The notes below the pieces were generated by a model. It had not been told where the DNA came from. It made no database searches and saw only the letters and a program-made list of their open reading frames with translations. The position numbers and the translations under genes are program-made. Shown in pieces: positions 24,172-33,370 of a stretch of 45,232 nucleotides of DNA. Position 1 is the first letter of the stretch. Every line of letters begins with the position of its first letter. The stretch comes from Thermoanaerobaculia bacterium (lineage in GTDB: Bacteria > Acidobacteriota > Thermoanaerobaculia > UBA5066 > Gp7-AA6), in contig DASWIB010000203.1 in assembly GCA_036397915.1 (NCBI GenBank), positions 1-45,232 of the forward strand, read 5' to 3'.

Positions 24172-26820
24172 ATGAGCTCCAATCTCCTGACCCCCGAAGA
24201 AAAAGTCCCCGTCACGATCGAGGAGGAGGTCCGACGGTCCTACCTCGACTATGCGATGTCGGTCATCATCGGCCGCGCGCTCCCCGACGTGCGCGACGGT
24301 TTGAAGCCCGTGCATCGGCGCTCGCTCTTCGCGATGTGGGAGCAGGGGAACTTCCACAACAAGCCGTACAAGAAGTCCGCGCGCATCGTCGGAGACGTGC
24401 TCGGCAAGTACCACCCGCACAACCCCGACGCCGTGTACGACACGATCGTCCGGATGGCGCAGGACTTCTCGATGCGCTATCCGCTCGTCGACGGGCAGGG
24501 CAACTTCGGCTCGATCGATGGCGACAACGCCGCGGCGATGCGCTACACCGAGATCCGGCTCACCCGGCTCGCCTCGGAGCTGATCGGCGACGACATCGAC
24601 AAGGAAACGGTCGACTGGATTCCCAACTACGACGCGTCGCTGAAGGAGCCGACGGTCCTCCCCTGCAAGTTCCCGAACCTCCTGGTCAACGGCTCCTCGG
24701 GAATCGCCGTCGGCATGGCGACGAACATCCCTCCGCACAACCTGAATGAGGTCGTGGACGCAACCATCGAGATGATCCGGCGCCCCGACGCGACTCTCGC
24801 CCAGCTGATGCGCAAGCTCCCCGGCCCGGACTTCCCCACCGCGGCGTTCATTCACGGTGCCGAGGGGATCCGCGAGGCCTACAAGACCGGCCGCGGGATC
24901 GTCCAGGTCCGCGCCCGGGCGGTCATCGAGAAGGCGGCGCGCGGCGAAAAGGAGTCGATCGTCGTCACGGAGATTCCCTACCAGGTCAACAAGGCGAAGC
25001 TCGTCGAGCGGATCGCCGAGCTCGTCAACGACAAGAAGATCGAAGGGATCTCTGACCTCCGTGACGAGACGAGCCGCGAGGGAATCCGCGTCGTCGTGGA
25101 GTTGAAGCGCGGCGAGAACACGCAGGTCGTCCTGAACCAGCTCTACGCGTTGACGCCGATGCAGTCTACGTTCGGGATCATCTTCCTCGCGATCGTCGAC
25201 AACCAGCCGAAGATCCTGCCGCTGACGGACTTGCTGCGGCACTTCATCGACCACCGCAAGTCGGTCGTGATTCGGCGCACGCAGTTCGACCTGAAGAAGG
25301 CGGAGGAGCGCGCCCACCTCCTGCGCGGCCTCGCGCTCGCGCTCGCGAACATCGACCAGGTCATCAAGATCATCCGCGGGTCGAAGGACCCGAAAGAAGC
25401 GAAGGAGAGGTTGATTTCCGAGGTCTCGATGACGCGCGTCGGGCTCGAAAAGTTCACCGGCGTGAAGCTCGGCGACGCTCCCGCGAAGGGGAAGAAGGCC
25501 GAGGACATCGTTCGCCTCGACGAGATCCAGGCGCAGGCGATCCTCGAGATGCGCCTGCAGCGGCTGACCGGTCTCGAGCGCGAAAAGATCGTTGCCGAGT
25601 TCGTCGAGGTGCTCGCGCTCATCACGAAGCTGCGGGAGATCCTCGCCTCCGAAAAGCTCGTCCTCGACATCATCGTCGAGGAGCTCCAGGAGGTGAAGAA
25701 GCTGTTCGGCGATGAGCGGCGCACGGAGATTGTCGCGGAGGCGTCCGACATCGACATCGAGGACCTGATCGTCGAAGAGGACATGGTGATTACGGTGTCG
25801 CGCGGCGGCTACATCAAGCGCTCTCCCCTGTCGCTCTATCGCGCGCAGCGCCGCGGCGGCAAGGGGCGCATCGGTGCCACCACGAAGGAAGAGGACGTCG
25901 TCGAGCATCTGTTCGTCGCCTCGACCCACGCGTACATCCTCGCGTTCACGTCGAAGGGCCGGATGCACTGGATCAAGGTGTACGAGGTCCCGCAGCTCGG
26001 CCCCGCGACGCGCGGGAAGGCGATCGTGAACCTCCTGAGCCTCGACCCGAACGAACGGGTCGTCGCGATGGCGTCCACGAAGGACTTTCCCGAAGACCGC
26101 TTCCTCGTGTTCGCGACGAAACAGGGTCTCGTGAAGAAGACCGCGCTCTCCGCGTATTCAAACGTCCGCTCGGGCGGCATCATCGCGATCAACATCGAGG
26201 ACGGCGACGAGCTCCTCTCGGTGCACGTGACCGACGGCACCCGCCAGATCTTCATCGGGACGCACCTCGGCCAGGGCATCCGGTTCGCCGAGAGCGACGT
26301 GCGGCCGACCGGCCGTGACACCACGGGCGTCTGGGGCATCGCCCTGAAGAAAGACTCCGACTACGTCGTCGAGATGGACGTGGTCGAGGAGCACGGGCAC
26401 CTGCTGACGGTGACCGAAAAGGGTTACGGCAAGCGCTCGGAAGCATCGGAGTACCGGTTCCAGGGGCGCGGCGGGTCCGGCGTGATCAACATCCGGGTAA
26501 CGGACAAGAACGGCCCCGTCGCCGGCATCAAGTCGGTCACGGATGCCGACCAGCTGCTTCTCATCACCCAGAGCGGCATGCTGATCCGGATCAAGGTGAA
26601 GGACATCCGCGAGACCGGTCGCGCCGCACAGGGCGTCAAATTGATCGATCTGGACGAAGGCGACCGCGTCGTCGCCGTCGCGAAGCTCGCCGAGCCCGAG
26701 GATGGCGACGAGGAGCCGCAGGCGGTGTTGCCGGTGTCGCCGCCGACCGAGTCCAACGTTCAGGGTCCGAAGTCCAGGGGGACCGACGAAAAGACGCCGT
26801 TCCTCGACGACGAGGAGTAG
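24172..26820 (+). CDS. gyrA: DNA gyrase subunit A
   Basis: 882 aa with [28 protein letters not shown], the active-site region AAMRYTE, the GyrA-box-type QRRGGKG, C-terminal beta-pinwheel repeats and an acidic tail. Confidence 0.97.
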   Translation: MSSNLLTPEEKVPVTIEEEVRRSYLDYAMSVIIGRALPDVRDGLKPVHRRSLFAMWEQGNFHNKPYKKSARIVGDVLGKYHPHNPDAVYDTIVRMAQDFSMRYPLVDGQGNFGSIDGDNAAAMRYTEIRLTRLASELIGDDIDKETVDWIPNYDASLKEPTVLPCKFPNLLVNGSSGIAVGMATNIPPHNLNEVVDATIEMIRRPDATLAQLMRKLPGPDFPTAAFIHGAEGIREAYKTGRGIVQVRARAVIEKAARGEKESIVVTEIPYQVNKAKLVERIAELVNDKKIEGISDLRDETSREGIRVVVELKRGENTQVVLNQLYALTPMQSTFGIIFLAIVDNQPKILPLTDLLRHFIDHRKSVVIRRTQFDLKKAEERAHLLRGLALALANIDQVIKIIRGSKDPKEAKERLISEVSMTRVGLEKFTGVKLGDAPAKGKKAEDIVRLDEIQAQAILEMRLQRLTGLEREKIVAEFVEVLALITKLREILASEKLVLDIIVEELQEVKKLFGDERRTEIVAEASDIDIEDLIVEEDMVITVSRGGYIKRSPLSLYRAQRRGGKGRIGATTKEEDVVEHLFVASTHAYILAFTSKGRMHWIKVYEVPQLGPATRGKAIVNLLSLDPNERVVAMASTKDFPEDRFLVFATKQGLVKKTALSAYSNVRSGGIIAINIEDGDELLSVHVTDGTRQIFIGTHLGQGIRFAESDVRPTGRDTTGVWGIALKKDSDYVVEMDVVEEHGHLLTVTEKGYGKRSEASEYRFQGRGGSGVINIRVTDKNGPVAGIKSVTDADQLLLITQSGMLIRIKVKDIRETGRAAQGVKLIDLDEGDRVVAVAKLAEPEDGDEEPQAVLPVSPPTESNVQGPKSRGTDEKTPFLDDEE

Positions 26821-26832
26821 TTTCCCCAAGAC

Positions 26833-26946
26833 CTGTCATCCCGGGCCCCGAAGGTCCGAGGGATCCCTCGCGGCGGACCCCCCCGTCCGGAGCGGAAACC
26901 GTGGCTCGCCCGAGAGGAGGATCCCTCGCTTCGCTCGGGATGACAG
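26833..26946. repeat. Family-B palindromic element downstream of gyrA
   Basis: ctgtcatcccgg...gagggatccctcgcgg on the left and ggatccctcgcttcgctcgggatgacag on the right form inverted termini around a ~60-nt centre. Confidence 0.8.
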
Positions 26947-26955
26947 GGAGTAGCA

Positions 26956-27023
26956 GGGGACAGACCCAAATTCGTCTCTACGCGGGAGGCGAATCAAATT
27001 GAGTCAAATCGGGATCTGTCCCC
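26956..27023 (+). other. Candidate structured element (two-tier stem-loop) upstream of the transaldolase-like gene
   Basis: Outer stem GGGGACAGA(CCC) 26956-26967 pairs with (GGG)A-TCTGTCCCC 27011-27023. Inner stem TTCGTCTC 26971-26978 pairs with GAGGCGAA 26986-26993 (one G-U pair). An asymmetric loop carries a TCAAAT direct repeat. The sequence is not related to family A or B. Confidence 0.3.
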
Positions 27024-27044
27024 AGATAGAATTCCCCGCCACCC

Positions 27045-27671
27045 ATGCGGTTTTTCTTGGACAGCGCCGTCGCCGACGAGGCGAAGAAGGTCCGGGAGTG
27101 GGGCATTCTCGACGGCGTCTGGCTCTCCGGGGCCTCCGCCGGCCGGGCCGGCATCGACTATCGCCGCGCCGCGCGCGAGCTCGCAGCGATCACCGATGGG
27201 CCGGTATGCGTCGAACCGACTGCGACGGACGCAAAGGGCATGTACAAAGAGGCGCGCGAGCTCGCCAAGCTCGGCAAGGACATCGTGGTTCAGCTACCCG
27301 CTCAGCCCGAAGGCATGCGGGTCGCGAGGCTCCTCGCGCAGGACCAGATCGCGGTCTGCGCGTCGGGCTGCTATTCCGCGGCGCAGGCGCTGATCGCCGC
27401 GAAATCCAACGTCAGCTACGTCGCGCCCGCCGTCGGGCCGCTCGACGAGGTCGGATCGATCGGCATGGATCTCGTCGAGCAGATCATCCGCGTCTACGAC
27501 AACTACGGCTTCCAGACGCAGATCCTCGTCGCCGAGCTGCGCAACCCGATCCACGTGCTCGACGCGGCGCTCATGGGAGCGGACGTCGCCGCGATCTCGA
27601 CTTCGGTGATCGAGCAGCTCTTCCGGCACCCGTTGACCGACGAGCTCCTCGCGGGCCGAAACTCGAAGTGA
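27045..27671 (+). CDS. Transaldolase/fructose-6-phosphate-aldolase-fold protein with substituted catalytic residues (probable pseudoenzyme)
   Basis: 208 aa. It is colinear with TalC/FSA-type proteins (MRFFLDSA..., GMYKEARELAKLGKDIVV, YVAP, IYDNYGF-like VYDNYGFQTQILVA, FRHPLTD). However, the Schiff-base Lys position reads IVVQLP (Q), the TTNPS motif reads WLSGAS, and the PFVGR motif reads PAVGP. Confidence 0.7.
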   Translation: MRFFLDSAVADEAKKVREWGILDGVWLSGASAGRAGIDYRRAARELAAITDGPVCVEPTATDAKGMYKEARELAKLGKDIVVQLPAQPEGMRVARLLAQDQIAVCASGCYSAAQALIAAKSNVSYVAPAVGPLDEVGSIGMDLVEQIIRVYDNYGFQTQILVAELRNPIHVLDAALMGADVAAISTSVIEQLFRHPLTDELLAGRNSK

Positions 27672-27934
27672 AGCCCTCGCCCGACCGCGTGCTCTACCTG
27701 TCACGCGTGCTCGCGAAGAAGTTGAAGGACAACCTGAACCTGGTTCAGAAAGCGGACGACGAGACGGTGCGCCGCGCGATCGTCCGCGAGCTCACCGAGG
27801 CGTACCGGGACCTGGACGCGATGGAACAGAAGGTCCGTGAGCGGCTCGCGAAGCGGAAGAGCCCCTCCGCGCGCGATGAAGATTTTCTTTTCGCCAAAGG
27901 GCTGGACGAGGAGCTTCGAAAACACGGGGCGTAG
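27668..27934 (+). CDS. Small conserved hypothetical protein (DUF507-like)
   Basis: The GTG at 27668 overlaps the preceding stop (GTGA). The 88-aa product is (M)KPSPDRVLYLSRVLAKKLKDNLNLVQKADDETVRRAIVRELTEAYRDLDAMEQKVRERLAKRK..., charged and helical. It resembles DUF507 proteins from memory. Confidence 0.5.
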   Translation: MKPSPDRVLYLSRVLAKKLKDNLNLVQKADDETVRRAIVRELTEAYRDLDAMEQKVRERLAKRKSPSARDEDFLFAKGLDEELRKHGA

Positions 27935-28088
27935 AAGACGAGCTAATTCATTGATGGGTCGTGTAGTTATTCGAGAAACCCTCGGCCTGGCTGTCTCCTC
28001 TGACTAGAGTCGGATCTGGTCCTTTCCCATCAGTCAATTAACGAGAAAATGATCGTTCTTTTCTACATCTGGCGATACAATTGGTTCG

Positions 28089-29546
28089 ATGACAAGCCAA
28101 TTGGGTCAACTCAGTTCGATCGTTCTCGATCGAGCGTTGCGGGAACCGCTCTCCGAGCAGCTCTTTGCGGCGCTCGCCGCGCGCATCGAGACCGGTCTTT
28201 TTCCGGAGAGCTCGCGGCTTCCGACGACGCGCGAGCTCGCCACCGCGCTCGGAGTCAATCGCGGCAGCGTGCAGGCAGCCTACCGCCGCCTCCAGCAGGA
28301 AGGCCTCGCGACGACCCGCGTTGGAAGCGGGACGGTCGTGCGGGCTGGCGCGAGACGGGCGAAGCCGTTCGATTTTGCCGAGCTCGTGTCGCGCCGCGCG
28401 TCCGCGATCCCGGCGGCCGCTCCCCCGCTCGTCTCTCCCCCGCTCATCGCCGATTTCTCGCGGCTGACACCCGACGAACGCTTCTTCCCCCTCGAAGAGT
28501 TCACGCGGACGTTGACCGACGCCTGGAGTCGGCGGTCCGACCTCTGGCAGTACGCTCCCCCGCTCGGCCTGGAAGAGCTGCGCGTCGAGATCTCGGGGCG
28601 TCTCGCGGAGAGCGAGATCTTCCGCTCCCCCGACGAGATCCTCGTGACGAGCGGCGCTCAGCAGGGACTCGACCTCGTCTTCCGCACGTTCACCGATGCT
28701 CGCGATCCGGTCGCGATGGAGTCACCGACCTATCCCGGCGCGCTCGCGCTTGCTCGGTTCGCCGGCGTCGAAATCGTGCCGATGCCGATGACGCCGGACG
28801 GCCCGGACGTGTCTCTCCTGCGCGAAGGCCCCGTGAAGCTCGTGTACGTGATGCCGGAGCGGCAGAACCCGACGGGCGTCACCGCGTCCGACGCGAAGCG
28901 ACGCGAGATCCTGGAGGCGGCCGTGGATGCGGGCGCGCTCGTCGTCGAGGACGGCTACGAGGAGCCGGAATCGGGCGTCGCTCCGCTCGCCTCCCGTATT
29001 CCCGAGCGCGTCGTCTGGCTCGGCACTCTGTCGAAGGATCTCGTTCCCGGGTTCCGCATCGGCTGGCTCGCGGCGCCGCGCGGGGTCGTCGAGCGGCTCG
29101 CGCTCGTCAAGCGCACCGCGGACTTCCAGACGCCGCTTCCGCTGCAGGCGGCGATCGCGTCGTTCCTCCGCGCCGGCGCGGATCGCGAGGCCCGTCGGGC
29201 GCGCGCGCGAGAAGTCGAGGTCCGGCGAGAAGCGATGGCCGGGGCGCTCGTCCGGTACCTGCCCGAGGTGTCGTGGTGGGGCGGCGAGCCGGGAAGCGCG
29301 ATCTTCTGGCTGCACCTTCCGAAAGGCATTTCGGGACGGCGCGTCGCGGAAGCGGCGGCGGCGCGCGGGGTCGCGGTAGCGGCCGGAGCCGACTTCGATT
29401 CGGACGGAGAAGACCGGGGCAACCTCCGGCTCTCGGTCTCTCGCGTCGAACTGGAGGCGACCTCGCGGGGGATCGCGCTCCTGGCGGAAGCGGTGAAGGA
29501 AACGCGCGCGCGAGCTTCGGCAATCGAAGCCGCGCCGGTCGTATGA
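28089..29546 (+). CDS. pdxR: MocR/PdxR-type regulator (GntR wHTH fused to a fold-type-I aminotransferase domain)
   Basis: 485 aa. The N-terminal GntR HTH is LPTTRELATALGVNRGSVQAAYRRLQQEGL. The C-terminal aminotransferase domain has the PLP-lysine context LGTLSKDLVPGFRIGWL. The gene lies directly upstream of pdxS-pdxT. Confidence 0.8.
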   Translation: MTSQLGQLSSIVLDRALREPLSEQLFAALAARIETGLFPESSRLPTTRELATALGVNRGSVQAAYRRLQQEGLATTRVGSGTVVRAGARRAKPFDFAELVSRRASAIPAAAPPLVSPPLIADFSRLTPDERFFPLEEFTRTLTDAWSRRSDLWQYAPPLGLEELRVEISGRLAESEIFRSPDEILVTSGAQQGLDLVFRTFTDARDPVAMESPTYPGALALARFAGVEIVPMPMTPDGPDVSLLREGPVKLVYVMPERQNPTGVTASDAKRREILEAAVDAGALVVEDGYEEPESGVAPLASRIPERVVWLGTLSKDLVPGFRIGWLAAPRGVVERLALVKRTADFQTPLPLQAAIASFLRAGADREARRARAREVEVRREAMAGALVRYLPEVSWWGGEPGSAIFWLHLPKGISGRRVAEAAAARGVAVAAGADFDSDGEDRGNLRLSVSRVELEATSRGIALLAEAVKETRARASAIEAAPVV

Positions 29547-29600
29547 AGTCGCGGGGATAGGCCCCGCGGGCCTGCACCCGCACAGTTCAGAGGAGAAGCG

Positions 29601-30485
29601 ATGAAGAACGATGATTCCTTTCGCGTGAAGGTCGGCCTCGCGGAGATGCTGAAGGGCGGGGTCATCATGGACGTGGTCAACGCGGAGCACGCGCGCATCG
29701 CGGAGGCGGCGGGCGCGGCCGCGGTCATGGCGCTCGAGCGCGTGCCCGCGGACATCCGCCGCGACGGGGGTGTCGCTCGGATGTCGCCGGTGACCAAGAT
29801 CCGTGAGATCCAGGAGGCGGTCTCGATCCCGGTGATGGCGAAGTGCCGCATCGGTCACGTCGCCGAGGCGCGGATCCTGGAGGCGCTCGAAGTCGACTTC
29901 ATCGACGAGTCGGAGGTCCTGACGCCCGCCGACGAGGAGAACCACGTCTACAAGCACGACTTCGCGGTGCCGTTCGTCTGCGGCTGCCGTAACCTGGGCG
30001 AGGCGCTGCGGCGAGTCGGCGAGGGCGCGGCGATGATCCGCACGAAAGGGGAGGCGGGCACCGGCGACATCGTGCACGCGGTCAAGCACCTGCGCGACGT
30101 GTACCGGGACATCCGGAACCTGACGTTGATGAGCAAGGACGAGCGGATGAGTGAGGCCAAACGGCTCCAGGCGCCGTTCGAGCTCGTCGAGCAGGTCGCG
30201 GAGACGGGCCACCTGCCGGTCCCGAACTTCGCCGCGGGCGGAGTGGCGACTCCGGCCGACGCCGCGCTTTGCATGATGCTCGGCGCCGAGGCGATCTTCG
30301 TGGGCTCCGGGATCTTCAAGTCCGATGACCCGGAGCGCCGGGCGCGCGCGATCGTGAAGGCGACGACCCACTGGCAGGACCCGCAGGCGCTCGTCGAGGC
30401 GGAGGAGTCGCTCGGCTCCGGGATGAAGGGCATCGAGGCGTCGAGTCTTCCGGAGGAGGCGCGCCTGCAGGGGAGAGGGTGGTGA
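29601..30485 (+). CDS. pdxS: Pyridoxal 5'-phosphate synthase lyase subunit PdxS
   Basis: 294 aa with [45 protein letters not shown] and the catalytic K context (VMAKCRIGH). The sequence is highly canonical. Confidence 0.97.
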   Translation: MKNDDSFRVKVGLAEMLKGGVIMDVVNAEHARIAEAAGAAAVMALERVPADIRRDGGVARMSPVTKIREIQEAVSIPVMAKCRIGHVAEARILEALEVDFIDESEVLTPADEENHVYKHDFAVPFVCGCRNLGEALRRVGEGAAMIRTKGEAGTGDIVHAVKHLRDVYRDIRNLTLMSKDERMSEAKRLQAPFELVEQVAETGHLPVPNFAAGGVATPADAALCMMLGAEAIFVGSGIFKSDDPERRARAIVKATTHWQDPQALVEAEESLGSGMKGIEASSLPEEARLQGRGW

Positions 30486-30491
30486 GCGCGT

Positions 30492-30620
30492 GCTGTCATT
30501 CCGACCGAAGTGTCTGTCATCCCGAGCGAAGCGAGGGATCTCGACCCTGCGTTCGACGAAAAGCAGATTCCTCGGGCCTTCGGCCCTCGGAATGACAGAG
30601 GGGGCGACCTCGGAATGACA
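30492..30620. repeat. Nested family-B hairpins filling the pdxS-pdxT spacer
   Basis: Left arms are ctgtcattccgaccgaag and ctgtcatcccgagcgaagcgagggatct. Right arms are cctcgggccttcggccctcggaatgacag and cgacctcggaatgacag. Confidence 0.85.
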
Positions 30621-30655
30621 GGGGGAGCAGAGGTGCGTCTGCGGGGGAGAGGCCG

Positions 30656-31240
30656 ATGAAAGGGATTGCGGTTCTCGCTCTCCAGGGCGACTTCGCGGCG
30701 CACGGGCGTCGGCTCGCGGAGATGGGGCTCGACTCTTTCGAGGCGAGGAAGCCCGACCAGATCCAGGGCGCCTCCGGCCTCGTTGTGCCTGGCGGCGAGT
30801 CGACGACGTTCTGGAAGTTCTTCGAGTCCGCGCCATGGGAGGAGGCCATCCGCGCTTTTGCCGGCACCGGGCGTCCGATCCTCGGAACCTGCGCCGGCGC
30901 GATCGTCCTCGCGCGCGAGGTCACGAACCCGGTCCAGCGGGGACTCGGCCTGATCGACATCGCCGTCGAGCGCAACGCGTATGGCCGCCAGGTGGACTCG
31001 TTCGTCGGCGAGGTCGACGCGCCCGAGCTCGGCGGCGCTCTTCCCGCCGTGTTCATCCGTGCGCCGAGGATCCGCCGCGTCGGACCCGAGGTCGAAGTCC
31101 TCGCGACGCGCGAGTCGGAGCCGGTGCTCGTTCAACAGGGGAACGTCATCGCCGCGACTTTTCACCCGGAGCTGACGCTCGACCCGGCCGTCCACGAGCT
31201 CGCCTTCGGACCGCGCCGTTTTGCGCGGAGGACCGCCTGA
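30656..31240 (+). CDS. pdxT: Pyridoxal 5'-phosphate synthase glutaminase subunit PdxT
   Basis: 194 aa with IAVLALQGDFAAH, GLVVPGGESTT, the catalytic Cys in ILGTCAGAI, and FHPELT at the C-terminus. Confidence 0.95.
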   Translation: MKGIAVLALQGDFAAHGRRLAEMGLDSFEARKPDQIQGASGLVVPGGESTTFWKFFESAPWEEAIRAFAGTGRPILGTCAGAIVLAREVTNPVQRGLGLIDIAVERNAYGRQVDSFVGEVDAPELGGALPAVFIRAPRIRRVGPEVEVLATRESEPVLVQQGNVIAATFHPELTLDPAVHELAFGPRRFARRTA

Positions 31241-31989
31241 GCCTCGTCCGCGTCGACACCCGCGAGGGCGGCGTCGCCCTCGTTGCTCTCGACCGGCCGC
31301 GCGCGAACGCGTTCAGCCCGGATCTCATCGCCGACCTCACCCGCGCGATCGCCGCCGCGGCGGACGCGCCCGCGCTCGTGCTCGCGTCGTCCCAGCCGCT
31401 CTTCTCGGCGGGATGGGATCTTCCGGCGGCGCGAGCGCTCGCCCGAGGGGACATGGCGCGCTTTCTCGCCGACTTCTGCGGCCTCGTGCGAGCGATCTTC
31501 GCGTTCGAGGCGCCCGTCGTCGCCGCGCTTCCCGGGCACGCGATCGCGGGCGGCCTGATCGTGGCTGCGGCCGCCGACGAGCGGATCGCGGCGGAGGGGA
31601 AGGGCGAGCTCGGTCTTTCCGAGGTCGCTCTCGGGGTCCCGATCCCGCGATCGTGTTACGAGGTCTTCCGCCACGTTCTCGGCGAGCGGGGAGCCGAGCG
31701 GCTCGCCGCGGCGGGCGACAACGTGTCGGTTGCCCGCGCGTTCGAGATCGGGCTCGTGGACCGGGTGGTCCCGGCGGCCGATCTCCTCGATGCGGCACTC
31801 GACCGGGCACGGCAGCTCGCGGGGCGCTCGCGAGCCGCCTACGCCGAGATCAAGCGCCGCGCGCGGGCGGCAGCGCTTGTGCGCTTCGACGCCGCCGCCG
31901 AAGCCGATCCCTTCCTCGACTTCTGGTTCTCGGCGGAAGCACAGCGTCGGATCCACGCGCTCGTCGAACGGTTGACGAAGAGAGCTTGA
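31237..31989 (+). CDS. Enoyl-CoA hydratase/isomerase (crotonase) family protein; start codon unresolved
   Basis: Crotonase pattern GGVALVALDRPRANAF...LFSAGWDL...PGHAIAGGLIVAAAADERIA...LGLSEVALGVPIP. The homologous region begins right at the pdxT stop. No ATG/GTG/TTG is in frame nearby, only CTG at 31237. Confidence 0.75.
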   Translation: MSLVRVDTREGGVALVALDRPRANAFSPDLIADLTRAIAAAADAPALVLASSQPLFSAGWDLPAARALARGDMARFLADFCGLVRAIFAFEAPVVAALPGHAIAGGLIVAAAADERIAAEGKGELGLSEVALGVPIPRSCYEVFRHVLGERGAERLAAAGDNVSVARAFEIGLVDRVVPAADLLDAALDRARQLAGRSRAAYAEIKRRARAAALVRFDAAAEADPFLDFWFSAEAQRRIHALVERLTKRA

Positions 31990-33233
31990 CTTCCGCGCCC
32001 CTCGACCTCGGGGACGTGCCGGCGGACGAGATCCTCGACGCCCTTGAGCTCGCACCCGAGGGGCCGTCGCTCGCGTTCCTGGAGAGGCTCTTCCACCGTT
32101 TCAACGCGCGCGTGCCGTTCGAGACGGCGTCCAAGATCATCCGGCACGCGGACGTACCCGACCCGGCGGAGAAGCCGCGCGTTCCAGAAGTCTTCTGGCG
32201 GGACTTCCTCGAATCCGGAACCGGCGGGACCTGCTACCCGCGGGTCGCGGCGTTCGACGCGCTCGTCTCCCGCCTGGGGTTCGCGACGCGGAAAGCGCTC
32301 GGGCGCGTCGAGAAGGACTTCGATCACGCCGCGCTCGTCGTGTCGCTTCCGGAACGCGAGTGGATTGCCGACATCGGGTTTCCGCTTCCGGCGCTGTTGC
32401 CGGCCGGTGGGGGAGACGTCGAGACGGAGACCGCCACGCTTTCGGCGAGCGAAAGCGGGCGCGGCCTGAGCGTGCGATTTCTCTCCGGCGTACCGGGCGG
32501 GCCGCGACGCCTCGAGATCTTCCGCGAGCCCGTCTCGGAGGACGAGTTTCTCGCGCTCTGGCGCAAGACCTTCCATCCCGATTCGAAGTTCCTGAAGAAC
32601 GTCTCGCTTTACCGAAGGGATGCCCACCGGGTGCTCACTTTTTCCCGGGGCGAGGCGCGCGTGGACGACCTCCACTCGCGCACGCGAATCCCGCTGGCAG
32701 TCGACCGAGCGCGCCGGCTCGCGGAGATCTTCGGGATCGCGGAGGAGGTCCTCGGCCGCGCGTTCTCGATCGCCGGGGATCCGGATCCCGAGATCGGCGA
32801 TGCGCGAATCACGGCGTATCTGTCCGTCGAGATCGAGCCCCGGCGCGCCTTCCAGGCGATCGCGACCGCGGAGGGCTGGCGCGAGCTCATGAGCGGCGTC
32901 ACCGACATCGTCGCGCTGCAGCGAACCGGCGCCGGCTGGCGCGCGCGGCTCGCGCCGCCCGGCGTGCCGGACGCGGGATTCGAAGAGGAAATCGCGCTCG
33001 ATTCCGATCGGCTCGCGCTTTCAATCGTGCGCCGCTACCCGGACGGGGCGGCGGCATCTTCCGGCTATCGTGTCGAGTCGAGCGAGGGAGAGACGTACCT
33101 GGTGCGCGAGGCGATCCTCTCCGGGCCGCGGGAGGATCTCCTCAAGAACGACTATGCGCGCGGCCGCCTCGCCGGAACGCTGGCGGTGGATCTGCTGGCC
33201 TGGGCGCGGCTCACGGGACTCGGGCCCGAATAG
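31986..33233 (+). CDS. Arylamine N-acetyltransferase (NAT)-fold domain fused to a C-terminal SRPBCC-like domain
   Basis: The TTG start overlaps the previous stop (TTGA). NAT triad contexts are GGTCYPRVAAFDALVSRLGF (Cys), DHAALVVSL (His) and WIADIGFP (Asp). The C-terminal ~165 aa (ITAYLSVEIEPRRAFQAIATAEGWRELM...) look START/SRPBCC-like, but this assignment is weak. Confidence 0.6.
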   Translation: MTSAPLDLGDVPADEILDALELAPEGPSLAFLERLFHRFNARVPFETASKIIRHADVPDPAEKPRVPEVFWRDFLESGTGGTCYPRVAAFDALVSRLGFATRKALGRVEKDFDHAALVVSLPEREWIADIGFPLPALLPAGGGDVETETATLSASESGRGLSVRFLSGVPGGPRRLEIFREPVSEDEFLALWRKTFHPDSKFLKNVSLYRRDAHRVLTFSRGEARVDDLHSRTRIPLAVDRARRLAEIFGIAEEVLGRAFSIAGDPDPEIGDARITAYLSVEIEPRRAFQAIATAEGWRELMSGVTDIVALQRTGAGWRARLAPPGVPDAGFEEEIALDSDRLALSIVRRYPDGAAASSGYRVESSEGETYLVREAILSGPREDLLKNDYARGRLAGTLAVDLLAWARLTGLGPE

Positions 33234-33235
33234 GT

Positions 33236-33351
33236 CCCGGGGGTGCGGGGGACCGCAAGGTCCGCCGCCAAAAGACTACTCGGACCCACTCCCCGGGGGT
33301 GCGGGGGACCGCAAGGTCTCCCGCCAAAAGACTACTCGGACCCACTCGTAG
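33236..33351 (+). repeat. Family-A repeats, copies A8 and A9 (head-to-tail pair, GGGGGTGCGGGGGACC variant)
   Basis: Two consecutive ~58-nt units, cc(c)gggggtgcgggggaccgcaaggtc(c/t)(g/c)ccgccaaaagactactcggacccact, lie between the convergent NAT-like and MBL genes. Confidence 0.9.
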
Positions 33352-33370
33352 TCCGGAGTGGACCCGATCC

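Noticed and set aside
29550-29568. The hairpin CGCGGGG-ATAGG-CCCCGCG after pdxR could be an intrinsic terminator.
   Set aside because: The 7-bp GC stem is followed by GGCCTGCACCC rather than a U-tract, and pdxS starts 33 nt later. The evidence is insufficient to call a terminator.
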